Shown here in pieces: positions 24,589 to 37,529 of a stretch of 59,335 bases of DNA. Both the position numbers and the translations under genes were made by a program. Position 1 is the stretch's first letter; each line of letters starts with the position of its first letter. This stretch comes from Nemertoderma westbladi (taxonomy: Eukaryota > Animalia > Xenacoelomorpha): NCBI GenBank assembly GCA_032718475.1, contig JAUCBJ010008348.1, positions 1-59,335 on the forward strand, written 5' to 3'. Below the pieces are notes generated by a model. The model did no database searches. It was not told the DNA's origin and worked only from the letters and a program-made list of their open reading frames with translations.

Positions 24589-25375
24589 GGGGGTATTAGT
24601 ACGTTTGAACGACACTAGCCGAACACTCCTGAAATCAGATAAATCATGGTACCGGTACCGGCATAGCAGTATTGTGAGCAATCTTGAGGATTGCACAGGT
24701 ATTATTTATTAAGTTCTTGGAAGGGAATTTATTATTTTAATATAATCTATAGGCCTATTGGATTGCAAGCGTTGTTGCGACATGATTGTATATTTCATAT
24801 GATGATATGGCGGCCCTGAAAAGAACCGTTTGGGTTGGTTAGATCATATCGTACAGTAGTTGGACATGAGTGGACATTCAGTACTACTGGTAGTAATGCT
24901 TGAAATAAGCAAGGAGATTGCAAGCACAACTTTGGATTGTGCAGCACAACCTGGAAAAGACAAAGACGTAGGGTTGGTTGCCCATTTGGTTGTAGAGTAC
25001 GGGAGAGAAGCTCCTCAATATAGCGCAAATTCAATAACACACTCCTCCAGTCTCGATCAGTTTACCGACCTCGATGAAATTAAATTCAGCCATGACAGAG
25101 ACAGAGTAGGCCCAATATAGTCTGACAGTAATAGTAGGCCTAGTGCTCTTGTATAAATAACAATACAACACAATATAATTAATAAAAGTAACAATATAAA
25201 TAACACAATAAACAATAAAAGTAATAGGCCCATTAGCTGATTAGTATAAAACAATATCCGCATTGTGCTGAAGATGGCGAACAATACTGCTGTACCGATA
25301 CCGGTACCAATTTTTATCAGTTTCTATCAGATTTGAAGCTTGTTCGGCTAGTGTCGTTCAAACGTACTAATACCC
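24589..25375. mobile_element. Non-autonomous TIR element, superfamily unclear
   Basis: ~35-bp perfect TIR GGGTATTAGTACGTTTGAACGACACTAGCCGAACA; TAGAT on both flanks. Confidence 0.75.
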
Positions 25376-25759
25376 TAGATAGGCCTATATATTTTTGTAT
25401 GGTGTATCATACTGTAATAATTTATATTATTGTTTTTTTATTGGTTCGCAGCTCCACGAAAGGCCCACTCATGTTTACATTACCACGTACCGGTATTTCG
25501 GTGTTGTGTGTTACCGCGCACTTTCGATGTTGTGTTCTGTTCATGTTACCGCTCATTTTCGATGTTCTGTTAATGCCACCACACACTTTTGTTCCGATTC
25601 CTCGAATAATTACGGTGTTTTTTTGGTGATTTTTACGCCCTATTTGCAGCTGGGTACTAATCGGGTGGTTTGGGTCATTTTATGGTCATTGTTTGAAAGG
25701 GGCATTTAAGCTCTAGGGATTCGAAATTCAGACCTTCCGATATGTAAGGGGAAGGCATG

Positions 25760-26399
25760 GGCGGCGTAAAATAGTCTGTACATGATTTGGAAATCCAATA
25801 GAATAAAACGGAAACTTAAGGTTCGAATCTTTATTATGGCTGTAGTAGTACCAGTACTCTTATCCTGTCGGGAGTCCATGCTGGGCTCTAACTGTTACTG
25901 AGGACACAAAATCTCTGGATGGCACTTTCTCAAGAATGCTGTGTTGAGCTCATTGTGTCAAGTATAATGAACACATCTCCAATAACGTAGCCTCTATCAG
26001 TCTATACAACCTTGGAGGTGTTTCATTAGTCTCCCCTAGCTTGACACTTGAAAAGAACCGCCCCCGCTTTGCAGGACATTGCTTTCGCCGTCAGAACCAG
26101 CCAGTGCATAATCTTGCGCTTCGGCGTCCTCGTGGAGTGAATAAGCATGGTGGCAGCCCGTGACTTTCGTGAAACGCCTCCTAAAGGACTCTGGCCTTTG
26201 AATAATGTGAATATTTTCCTTAAATTCATGGGGGATAGGGAGTTGTGGCGGTGCAACTTTGATTGGCATAGCATTATTAACGCACGCTCAATTGGGCTTG
26301 TCAATTGTGGATTGCATGATTGTGAGAATATGTTTTTGTTAAGCTGGCATAGCATCTCAATGTGCAGTTTCAATGCAGCAGGCCGATTATAGTAGTAGT
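25760..26399 (+). mobile_element. RTE-type LINE 3' fragment
   Basis: WKSNRIKRKLKVRIF..LDGTFSRML..MGDRELWR translation; (TAG)n tail. Confidence 0.75.
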
Positions 26400-26979
26400 T
26401 ATCCCACCTGACTTTGTCACCTGATCCTATATTCAAATGACTACATAACGGTACAAATGCAATCAACATTTCTGTATTTGTTCGGTTGTTGTTTAAAATA
26501 GAGGAAAAATTACGGAAAATATATTGTACAGATATTAAAGTAAAATAAAGTATATTACACAGTAAAATAAACATAAACTTTATGTTGTAAGTGAATACTA
26601 CCACTTAATGAATTGGAGAATCTTTTAGGCTCGTTAAGCCAAGGAATGCCTGTTCACCAATATAGGTGATCTTCCACAGTAAGTTCCCATTTATCCACCA
26701 GACAAGGATGAAAGCCAGGTTTGGGCTAGGAATGATTGGGAGACCAGGAATGTCACCACTAAACCAGGGAGCTGCATATACTATACCACTTAAACAACCG
26801 TACAAAACTATAGTGAGTTTCAAAATTCCCACATTGGAAACCGCCAATCTCGAGCGTTTGTTTCCGTTAATTTTTTTTATTTTCCGGTAGTTTATTTTTA
26901 TAGCGTTAACCGTCGACCTATTTACCGACCGACAGACACCGTCCAGACCAGAGCCGTATGACACCTATCCTACAATTTA

Positions 26980-27123
26980 CTGTGGCTGAAAGCGGTCAAT
27001 TTTCATTTTGATCAACAATGTTATTTGTCAACCTGGGTTAAATTCAAGAAAAAAAATTTTGATCAAAATAATAATTAAAAAATGTAGTGCCAAGTGAATT
27101 ATTTTGTCCGCTTTCAGCCACCG
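26980..27123. mobile_element. 144-bp MITE flanked by TA (Tc1/mariner-like)
   Basis: TA|CTGTGGCTGAAAGCGG ... CCGCTTTCAGCCACCG|TA. Confidence 0.8.
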
Positions 27124-27292
27124 TATACAATAGCTTAATTTAGCAAGCTACTACAGTACCTACTGTATCCCTGAATATATTATATTCGTTTTGCAGTTTA
27201 TGTTCTACTTTTAGAATAACAAAAATTCCAACTGTATTGTAATAGTATATTGTATTTTTAAATCACTTTATATCATATATTAACTCTTCGAG

Positions 27293-27862
27293 ATGTCAAT
27301 GGATTCCGAGTTCGATTCCATCCGTCACTATTTCACCGACAACGAATGGGAGTTAATGAGCATCTTTGATAGGCGTCGATCGTTGGCCTTGAAGGAACAA
27401 TTCGAGATGCTGACGTCTTTAGGTTTTAACGAACTCAGAGCCAAGCCAATAGAACCTCCCGATTTTATGAAGGAAAAGACTAATAGAGTGTCTGGGAGGG
27501 AAGTTATTCCTGAAGATAAGATAGCTGGTATCGACGACGAACCGATGGATGTTTTAGATGAAGACGAAGAAGAAGATGGATCAATCTCTATGGATCACTC
27601 CATATTTGAGGATATTGTTGTCGATGTTTGTGAGGATGATTCAGACAAGGAATCCGTGGCCTGTACCAACTCGGATCTGGTACTTCCTTATTACAGAAGG
27701 AAAGCGACGGATTCTCCGCCAGGTCCGTATGAATGGTACAGCGACAGCATCGAGCGTAGCGAGGGAAGTGGCAGTTATCTGAGCGCAGAAGGAAGTTTCG
27801 ATTTTCACATGAAAGACGTGAATGAAACAGAGTCTATCACTGGAGAGAATCACGGTGGTTGA
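27293..27862 (+). CDS. PRDM9: N-terminal part of a PRDM9-like gene: ancestral (SSX/PRDM9-type) KRAB domain plus acidic linker
   Basis: FDSIRHYFTDNEWELMS..LTSLGF..PDFM resembles the PRDM9/SSX KRAB; same frame as the 30983 ORF. Confidence 0.75.
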   Translation: MSMDSEFDSIRHYFTDNEWELMSIFDRRRSLALKEQFEMLTSLGFNELRAKPIEPPDFMKEKTNRVSGREVIPEDKIAGIDDEPMDVLDEDEEEDGSISMDHSIFEDIVVDVCEDDSDKESVACTNSDLVLPYYRRKATDSPPGPYEWYSDSIERSEGSGSYLSAEGSFDFHMKDVNETESITGENHGG

Positions 27863-28502
27863 AAACGGCCATAGTAATTAAATAATTTAGTTTTTATATA
27901 TTTCACCGAGATATATTATTTATCTCAACATAAATTTCACTCGTTACAGAATCGCGCTAGTATTTATTGAGGGAAAATTATTGGGGAAAAGCTTCAGTCA
28001 TGGCCAATCACAGTAGGACGGAATCTTCTTAAACATTTTTTCCCGCTATATATTGTGTAAAAAAGCAATACATACCGGTAATTAATAGTTCAAACAGTTA
28101 TTTATCTATTATATTTCCGGATCGGTAATTAATTACCTTCAGCATTTATTAATTAATTTAGCATAATTAATTGGTAAACTCCCCCCTTCCACAATTTCTG
28201 CCATATAGTTTGCTGCTATTATTTCCCGTTGTGTTTGTTAATGTTCTTTAATAGCCCCAACAATTTACATCCCCCAATTTAAATATCTCGGCGATCCCAA
28301 AAAGTAATTAATTTACTCAAACCGGCACCCAAAACATAATTATTTCTACCCAAATTTAATTCACTTTCAACCAAAAACGATACTTCCCGCACCAAATATG
28401 ATGTTTCTCCCAATATTTTACGGGAACTTTATTCATTCAATGTCATTGATTATTCATTAACCATACAAATGTTTATATTTATAAATGTTTATTCATTTAT
28501 AT

Positions 28503-29607
28503 TAGGGATGTGCCGGATTGACTATTTTCAAACCGGCCACGCCGGAGCCGGATTTGTAAAAAAAATCCGGCCCGAATTCCCGTCCAAAGCCGGATTTTTT
28601 TATATATCACCACTTTTTTCCTTGAATCAGCTATATGGTACCTTTATGCATGAACAGAACCGGAGGGAGGGAGGGTACCACGTCATTTGATCCTTTGGGC
28701 GTTAGGTCCTGCATCGATACGTAGATAACGTGCTGGATCATGATCAGCAAGGTACTTTGACTTTAATAAGAATTCAGAAGTAGATTAGTAAGTATATGTC
28801 AATTATCCCAACTAAACGGGACGAGAAGAGCGTTTTACGTTGGTTGGCTGCAAATAAGGGATCATTTCCTAATTTACAAACACTTCTAAATATATTTAGT
28901 ATCACCAGCGTCTTCAATTTATTCCGAGTGAATATTTGTAGAGGCTGGTAATGTATTTGATGAGAAACGCTCTCGTCTACTTCCGGATCGTGGAGAGAAA
29001 CTAATATTTTTGTACCATAACCTACGCCGATTTGATATAATGGATTGATTTGATAAATAAAGTGCAAATTGAAAAATAGAACGAAGAAACAATAGGTGTA
29101 GTTTTTGTATATACTCTCTGATTTAAATTGGATTTACTAGTTTCTAAATTGCCTCTCGAATATATAAACTGGTCATTCACGGTGGTAAGCTTAATTAGTA
29201 TATGGCCATACATGTACTATTTATTATATATTAAGTGTTAGTGAGGCTGAGCCCAACCAAATACAAATATTCTTGGTAAAAAGTAGTCGGTCAGCTCAGC
29301 ATGTAGATAGTCGTAAAATAATAGCTCTGCTACAGACTTTATCATTCATAATATGAATGAATATGATGCAACTATGAAAATAATTGTTTTGTATTACATT
29401 GTATTTGTTTATGTTTAAATTTAATTTAAAATAAAACTTAGTTTGATGTTTTTTTTTGGAAAATTTACATTAATTGTAAATTTTGTCAACAATTTGTTGA
29501 AATTGAAATCCGGCGAAAAAATTAAAATCCGGCCGGAAACGGAACCGGATTTTTTTTTCAAAATCCGGAAGGTATTCCGACCCGGCCGGATATCCGGCAC
29601 ATCCCTA
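28503..29607. mobile_element. hAT MITE nested in the TIR element
   Basis: TAGGGATGTGCCGGAT / ATCCGGCACATCCCTA; 8-bp TSD ATTTATAT; subterminal CCGG repeats. Confidence 0.9.
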
Positions 29608-29995
29608 ATTTATATATTGTAGTATGCTGACACTGTAACCTGCTCATTTTTATTACCTTTTAATGATATTCGTTTATTATTTTTGTTAGAAAGTACAACC
29701 TATATAAACTGTTCCTTTCCCTCAATTGGTAATTTCAAAATGATTTTTCTCGATATGAATTTAATTTGGAGAAAATTTGTATTTATTTTGGGTGTTTGTC
29801 ATTCATTTTTGATAGGATACTTGTTTTGGGGTCCATTTATTTGTTTATTTCGGGTTATTGTTTTTAATGTTGAACAATTCATTTTGATGTTCGGATAATT
29901 TTATTGTGAAACTAATTTTTTTCAAATTTGGTTCTGAGTATTTTTTTTGTTTAAATTTTCAGTTACTCATTTATCATAACTTTTGTTGACATTAA

Positions 29996-30717
29996 CCCTA
30001 TTAAACCCCGGAGGAGAGGGTGGGGGGTGTCCGTGGTTGGGGGGGGGGGGGGGGTGTCCATGGTTTGGGGGGGGGGGACCCCGTGGTTTTTTTTGTTATA
30101 ACTCTGAAACAAACGCAGTTGGGAATCTGAATTCATGCAACAATATAATAATATATAATAATAAAAAATATATAATAATACCAGACGAGGACAACAAAAC
30201 GATTGTTGCGTTACCTCGAATGATTTTTAACGAGATCTATCGTGATCAGCGACCTTGAACACCTGTATAGCTTCAGAATTACCAAACCGAAGGCCAAATT
30301 TAACAGTTTGTCATTTTTTACTACTTGTACTTTTCGTTCTGGGGCACCAGATTGGGACCAAAATTTGGTTTTCATTTACCAGCAATATTTATAACTAGTT
30401 TTATCGTGATTAACGACCTCGAAAACCCGTATACGTTCAGACCAAGCCAAACAGAACATTTTTTAGTTTGACATTTATTAACTTGTACTTTTCATCCTGG
30501 GGGACCAAAATAGCACTAACAATGATGGTTGAATCGCCAGAAAATATTTTTAGCATTATCGTGATCAACGATCTTGAAAACCCTTATACCTTCAAAATTG
30601 GAATTTTTGAGACAAAGATTTAAAAATTGTCTAAAATGACCCCCCCCCCCCCCCCCCCCACGGGCCAATTACAGTAGCCTACGTACCGGGTAGTAAATTA
30701 GCCCGGGCCAGCTAGGG
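29996..30717. mobile_element. piggyBac-like non-autonomous element nested in the TIR element
   Basis: TTAA|CCCTA ... TAGGG|TTAA. Confidence 0.75.
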
Positions 30718-30982
30718 TTAATAGCCTAAATGAAACTACCTGCTTGCTCAGAGTGGGCGATTACACTAACTTTTATTAACACGGCATGATAATACCAAGT
30801 TTGAAACTTTTAGAGATTTGGTATATTTTGCATCATAAATAAGTTCCCAAAAGTAACGTGCATATCTCGAGATATGCTAATATTCATTCAATAATCAATA
30901 TATCTATGAATAAGAATTTAATATATGACAATATTTATTAATAACCAATTAAAACTTCTATAAAATTGGTAGTTAATTAAAC

Positions 30983-32838
30983 ATGGCCGCTTTCAGCCAC
31001 AGAAGGGAACTTAGTGACTTTTCTCCGACCGATATTATCAGGGAAACAGGAGGTCTTAATTCGTCATCGTTTATCGTTCCAACTGATTCCATCGAGGAAA
31101 TAAAAGAACAGCTGGAATGTATTCCCGATGTGAATCTATCTGATACAGCGATCGATCTGTTGGATGACGTCAGTTCCGGTAGACACTCGGATACTGTTGG
31201 TCCATCTGTACCGAGTGCCGAGGAATCGGTTAACGATAAACTCGCTAACAGTTTGGGACGCGTTGGTTCGGGAGCGGGAAGGACTTCTAGTGGGGGAAGT
31301 CCGGCCTCAGTAGCCGAGGGAGAAGAAATAGTTGAAGAGATTTCGGGTTCTTCTACAGTTGAGTCGGATTTAAATGTCATCGTCTCTCCTAAATCGACGG
31401 CTCCTTTCGAACCCCGATGTGGTTTACGACCCAGAAAGGAGGTCGATTACGCCAACCGCAACTGCCCAATAAAATCATTCAACAACTTTATATTCTGCGA
31501 CCATTGCGGCGAGGAATATAGTGACTTACAGTGTCCGTCACGGGAGTTTAACTTCGTACCGAATACCGAAACCACTCGCGGAGGAAGGAACCGGGGCAGC
31601 AGAACAATTCCCTCGTGTTTGGAGATAAAGAAATCTCCGATTCATAATAAAGGAGTGTTTACAAAGGTCGACTTGAATCCGGGAACATTATTTGGTCCTT
31701 ATGGCGGAGAGAGGAAACCTGGTAAACCTAATCCCGGCAAGTCTGACGGTTACAGCTGGTTGATGTTGGACGATGTGGGTAAATTCTTTACTGTCAGCGG
31801 GAGATGGGAGTACAAGTCTAATTGGATGCGCTACGTAAACTGCGCCAAATGGGAGGAGGAACAAACAGTTTGTGCTTTCCAGTTCAGAGAGGATATGTAT
31901 TATCGGGTCTGTAAACCAGTTGCAGCCGGTACGGAACTCCTTGTTTGGTACGGAACGGAATACGCGGAGGAATTGGGATTAATTACCAAACAACCGAAGA
32001 ATAAGAAATTGGGGATGAAAGTTATGGAAGACGGGATGATTCTGTGTACCGGGTGTGGCAGTTACCGGTCTGATAATCAGGAGGCAATTCTTAGACACCA
32101 AAGTAGTCGAGGTGGATGTGCTGAGAGAAGGAGATTAGATTTAGTTCACGATAAGAGTTTACATAAATTCCCGTGCGAACATTGCGACGTCGTCTACACC
32201 GTGGAATCTTTTCTCGTTTCCCATTTAAAACGGAAACACAAGGAACCCGGTTCTACTCCAACAGGTTCGGGTTCCAACGTTCCGACTGGTCCCAAGGAAC
32301 GTTCCAGTTCAGATAAACCTGTTGATAGTTTGGGATGTAGTTCCTGTGGGAAAGTGTTTGGATGTAAATCCAACTAATGGAGCACGAACGGGTTCACTCT
32401 GGTGAGAAACCGTTCAGCTGCTCTACATGTAGTAAAGCTTTCAGCCAACAGTCCAATCTAACACGTCACCAACGCACTCACTCTGGTGAGAAACCGTTCA
32501 GCTGCTCTACATGTAGTAAAGCTTTCAGCCGACAGTCCAATCTAACAACCCACCGACGCACTCACTCTGGCGAGAAACCGTTCCAATGTATTATGTGCAA
32601 CAAAGCTTTCTCAGAGAACGCTCATCTAATAAAACACAATCGTACTCACACTGGAGATAAACCCTACAGTTGTAACGTCTGTAGTAAATCATTCACCAAG
32701 AGTTCCCATCTAACAACCCACCAACGCCTCCACACAGGAGATAAACCCTACATCTGTGATACTTGTGGTAAATCTTTCTCCCAAACATCCAGTCTATCGA
32801 CCCATAAACGCAACCAGCACAGCGTGAAGAATCAGTAA
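30983..32838 (+). CDS. PRDM9: PRDM9-like SSXRD, Zn knuckle, PR/SET and C2H2 zinc-finger array; 1-bp frameshift near 32375
   Basis: [10 protein letters not shown]; FCDHC..C; [17 protein letters not shown] and [10 protein letters not shown]; six tandem C2H2 fingers with HS/TGE/DKP linkers. Confidence 0.85.
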
Positions 32839-33715
32839 ACTGTTGTTTATCGAGGGAAGGAAAGTCTTTAGTCTCTCGATCTATTTAATTACCTGAACTT
32901 CTTCTTTCCCACAAGGAAGAATAGACTAAATAAATTATATTAGGATTCGTTTTATTAAGAAACAACATTTTATTTTGTAATAGTTGTTACTATAAAAATT
33001 CTATAGTTTTACTACCGGAAATATAAATATTTTTCCACTTAGGAGGCCCTATCCAACAATATTGTAGGAACAAACAAATGGAACTGATAAAGGAAGGTCG
33101 ACCTACCTAGTGGTCTTTTAGAATATTAATTTATACCTAATGTATAACTTATTTAATTTAGTATCAATAATTAATTAATAATAAAATATAATTTATGTAA
33201 TTTATATATGAAGTTATCATTTGTGCCCGCTACAGTATAGATTGATTGTCAGAGATTGATAGATAGACAAATTGATTATAATACCCGATTAAACGTAATC
33301 TTAAAAAACCGCATATCATCGGTGTAGTCACATAACTTACCCCAAGTTCACATATCTATCTCAATTATTTACAGTAACTTCGTCAATTTCGATCTTTCTT
33401 TTATCCTCTGTAGTTCCATTCACAGCAAGAAATTCAGTTTTCTTTTGATTTACAATCATACCAGACTGGGCGCGAAAATGTAACATAATCAAATGTCTTT
33501 ATCAAATTTTCGCGAGAAGTCAGAAAAATAACAGTGTCTTCCATAAACAACATTATGTGAAGGGCTTTCAACCTACCATCCACGTCGCTTACACCTTTAA
33601 CCATCTAAACGCATGAACTATATTGAAACATACAGGTACTAAACTGGAAGCTGGCCCTTGTACAAATAAATGTCACCCACAAAAGTAAAATAGTTGAAAA
33701 ACTTATAGCTGCTAG

Positions 33716-35880
33716 CATTATTATTATTATATTATATTTATTTAATCCGGTTCATAAATAGAATCAAACCATAATACATACCCACGTAAATTAAGTAGCA
33801 CAATGTAGATGTAAATGTAATATAAATGTATTCAATTAGTTAATCTCCTACCCCAAATCGATTCAGCCATATTCTGGAACTATGCAATGTGCACATATTC
33901 ACCATTAATACAATATTGTTATTAGTCTTGTTTACCCTATTGTATAAACTTTGTATGGAACAATATCGAATATGAATGAAGCAAGGTAAATTATTGGTAC
34001 CAAAAAATAAAGACATACTAGAACGGAAAGGTAACTTGAAAAATATACGTGCAGCCGAATTATAAGCAACCTTCAGTCGATTATACACAAACTCAGAATA
34101 ATTCAAAGACGACCATAAAGCATTACAATATAGTGGAGTGATATATGACCTAAAAAGTGTAAGTTTCATGGAGTTCGTACAGTTACTAAATTTCCTACAT
34201 AATGTATTTGCGCGTGCATATAAGCCTCTAGTTACATTCTTGATATCGTAATCATCATCTCTACTTTCATGAATGACGTGCCCTAAGTAAATATACTTAT
34301 CGGTTCTAGAAATTACTCTATCGTGTAAGTACATAGGTGCCATATTAACTAGGTTGCTCGAACGGTGATTGAAAAACATAACCTTTGATTTCTTTAGGTT
34401 AAACAAAATACTGTGGCTGATACTGTAATCAAAACACGTATTTATTAGTAATTGTAAACCTACGGCAGAGTTAGATAATAAACAGATGTCGTCAGCATAC
34501 ATTAAATGGTTAATTCTGTACCCATCAAACATGCATCCAACATTAGTGCACAGAAGTTTATCCGATAAGTTATCCATATACACATTAAATAAATACGGAC
34601 TTAGAATACCGCCTTGTTTTACACCATTTGTTACATGAAACCTATCAGTTAATGTAGACCCCCATTTGACCTGTAGAGTTTGAAACCTATACCAGTGAAT
34701 TAGAGTCCTAATAATAAATAGCGGTATATTTCTATCCAATAACTTATGAAAAAGCGTATCATGCACAATTCGATCAAAAGCTTTACTAGCATCAAGAAAG
34801 CATACGTAAACGGATGAGTCATTGTGTAAGTAGTAATCAATGATCTCTTTTAAACTATAAACACATAATTCGGTACCACTTTTGGACTTAAACGAAAACT
34901 GAAAATCACTTGTAATTAGATATGTTTCTATACGAGCAAATAATATATATTCGAATATCTTACTGAAAATATCTGATAACGCAATTGGTCTATAGTTACA
35001 TTTATCATCAATTGTATTATTTTTATCCTTAATTATGGGTACAAGTACGCTATGGATTATGCTCTCGGGAAGAAAGCCATGCACATTAATTGCACTTAAC
35101 ACGATAGCCAGCATAGTATTCAGTATACTACATTCACCAAAAATGAAATGTTCGGCACTAATACCATCGGGTCCAGCTGATTTACCAGCTTTCAGATTTG
35201 AAATAGCACAACTAATTTCTAACGGACTAATAATCATATCTTGTGAAAAAATAATATCCGATAAACGCTCATCAACACTACGCACATGAAAATCATTATT
35301 AACACCATTACAATTAAATAAATCCGAATAAACCGTTTTAAACATATTGCCGATTTGTTCTGCACCAACAGCACCACTAACAACATTTGGTAGTGGTACA
35401 TTAATATTATTTTCCTTTTTGACATTTTTCCAAAAATCCCGACTATCTTTTTGTAAATGTGAAGTTGCCAGTTTATCTGCCTTAAAAGCAGCCTTATTTC
35501 GTTTGCACTGACGTAAGGCACGTTTGAATGTCGCCTTACCTATAAGATACTGGCGATGCAGCTCACCCTGATGTGGCGAGCCTGCATCTCGCCACTGTTT
35601 AAAAAGTACCCGGGAAAGTTCGTACTTTTCACGAACTGTGTCGTTCCATCCCGGAATATTATGGGTATTCTGGGATTCACTATTAATTGCCTTTGGAATC
35701 CATTTTTTTGCACAATCGCTAATTTTATGTTCAATTGATTCCCAAAGATTCGTAATACATGTAGTATGAAGCTAGAAAACAATAATAGGGCCTAAAGTCC
35801 TGCCTGATTCTATACATTCTTTTGTAGTTTATGCCGTTTATGGGGTGTAAGACTCGAGCGTTTGCCGTAGAGGTTTGAAC
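33716..35880 (-). mobile_element. 5'-truncated non-LTR retrotransposon with RT ORF 33840..35345 (RTE-X/CR1-group-like)
   Basis: KSAGPDGI, YRPIAL, DASKAFD, GVKQGGILSP and YADD motifs; AATAAA plus (TAA)n tail. Confidence 0.9.
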
Positions 35881-35949
35881 ACTGCCAGGAAAATATAATG
35901 ACACAGAGCTTATGCAATATTCCAATAATGGCCACTTTTCTTTTACACC

Positions 35950-36800
35950 AGCATACTTAAACGTGGGTTTTTTAAATGTCGATGGACTGATTTCGAAATT
36001 AGGTGATCCCAACTTCCTGAAGCTCGTTAGTAAATATGACCTATTTATCTGCGCTGAAACCTGGTTGAACCCTAACTTTGTTCACAGTGTTGATATTCTT
36101 GGTTGTACATTTTTTGTAAATTGTCGTAAATCAAAGCATAAAAGTGCGACAAAGCATAAAAACGTTTTAGTGGTGGAATAATTATTATATATTATAAGCA
36201 GGAATTAAGCGCCTTTATCACATTGGAGGATATTTTCCCTCATGAAGACATACTCTGGCTTAGAGCTGGTCAAAGTCTCCTAATATGTGCAGTATATATT
36301 CCCGCCTTCAAAATCGACTGCACAAGAAAGTGATCCCATATCAACCTTCGATTTTATCGAGAATGCTATTAGTGTTATAAGTGATTCTGAAAATTTGTTA
36401 ATTGTAGGTGAACTAAACGCAAGAACAGGCACTATAAATGATTATATTGATAATGATTCGCTTGGCCTGTCCAATCTACTGGAATATTTACCGGATAACT
36501 ATGTATGTGACGACTTAGACCTTGCAACAAGTTGTGTACAGTCTAGTAGAGTAAATAAGGACATAGTAGTCAATACATATGGTCATAGACTTTTAGCCTT
36601 ATGTATTGCTTCAGGTATAAGAATATTTAATGGCCGAATTGGCAGTGATAAATCTGTTGGTAAGTTTACTTCCTTTAATAAAATGGGCCAATCAACAATT
36701 GACTATATGTTAGGACGAACGCCGGTCCATAAGCGTTGCCTGAGTTTTGATATTGGGGGTCCTAACATTTTTTCAACACATTGTGTGATTTCAGCACAGT
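35950..36800 (+). pseudogene. APE endonuclease domain of a second LINE, frameshifted
   Basis: FLNVDGL, AETW, SGG, YIPP, GELNART and STIDY motifs. Confidence 0.85.
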
Positions 36801-37529
36801 TTTTTTTTTTGTTGAACTCCCAAATCCCTTACCCAGGACTAATGCTCCAATCCAAAGTAGGGTAGATGAGTATAAGTATTTTAATATAAGTATAAGATAA
36901 GATAAGTATTTAGTCCCTTACAATCCAATCCAATCAAATCCCTTACCCAGGACTAACTCTGCAAAAATTGACCCACTCCTCTAACAGTGTCTCAATTTAT
37001 AAAATTTATTATATTTTAAACAATAATTTGTTTTAATATAAACGTTGCGAATATGTTGCATTGTTAATAAATTAATTGCATAATTGATTATAGGCCTACA
37101 CTATTGATAAATGTTACTAATGTTACATAATATTTATTTTAACTATATTTTAATATATATATTTTATTTCATTATATTACATTAATGTTACATTAATTAT
37201 ATATTTCTTGAAAATAATTAAACCGAAAACTACCTACCGCAACCAAACTCCACAAGTTCATGCACGACGCCAATTTATGGGAAATATTTCATGCGATGGA
37301 TTATTGAAAACAAAACAATGAACGAGTATTATGTCTGTATCCATGGCGACAACCCTAATCCGCGGGCGTATCCATGACAACCTTCGGGGAGCGTGTTTGA
37401 CGTCAGAGCTGTTGCATAGCAACTGCGTTGACTACGGGCCCGTAGATCTGTCCCAAACAGCTTCTCAAACCATCGTCGCAGTTGCAAAGAGTGCGGCTGA
37501 AATATTATTACAATATTATTAATATTTAA

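Larger units (their letters stand above)
27853..31002. mobile_element. 3150-bp TIR element inserted in the PRDM9-like ORF (same TIR family as 26980-27123)
   Basis: CGGTGGTTGAAAACGGCCAT ... ATGGCCGCTTTCAGCCACAG inverted termini. Confidence 0.8.

Noticed and set aside
26605-26964. Minus-strand ORF as the next FOXRED2 exon
   Set aside because: Only vague Pro-rich similarity; the expected conserved downstream motif is absent.
27853-31002. Element acting as a clean introner using GT in the left TIR and AG in the right TIR
   Set aside because: TIR GT donors are phase 1 whereas the terminal AG acceptors need phase 2.
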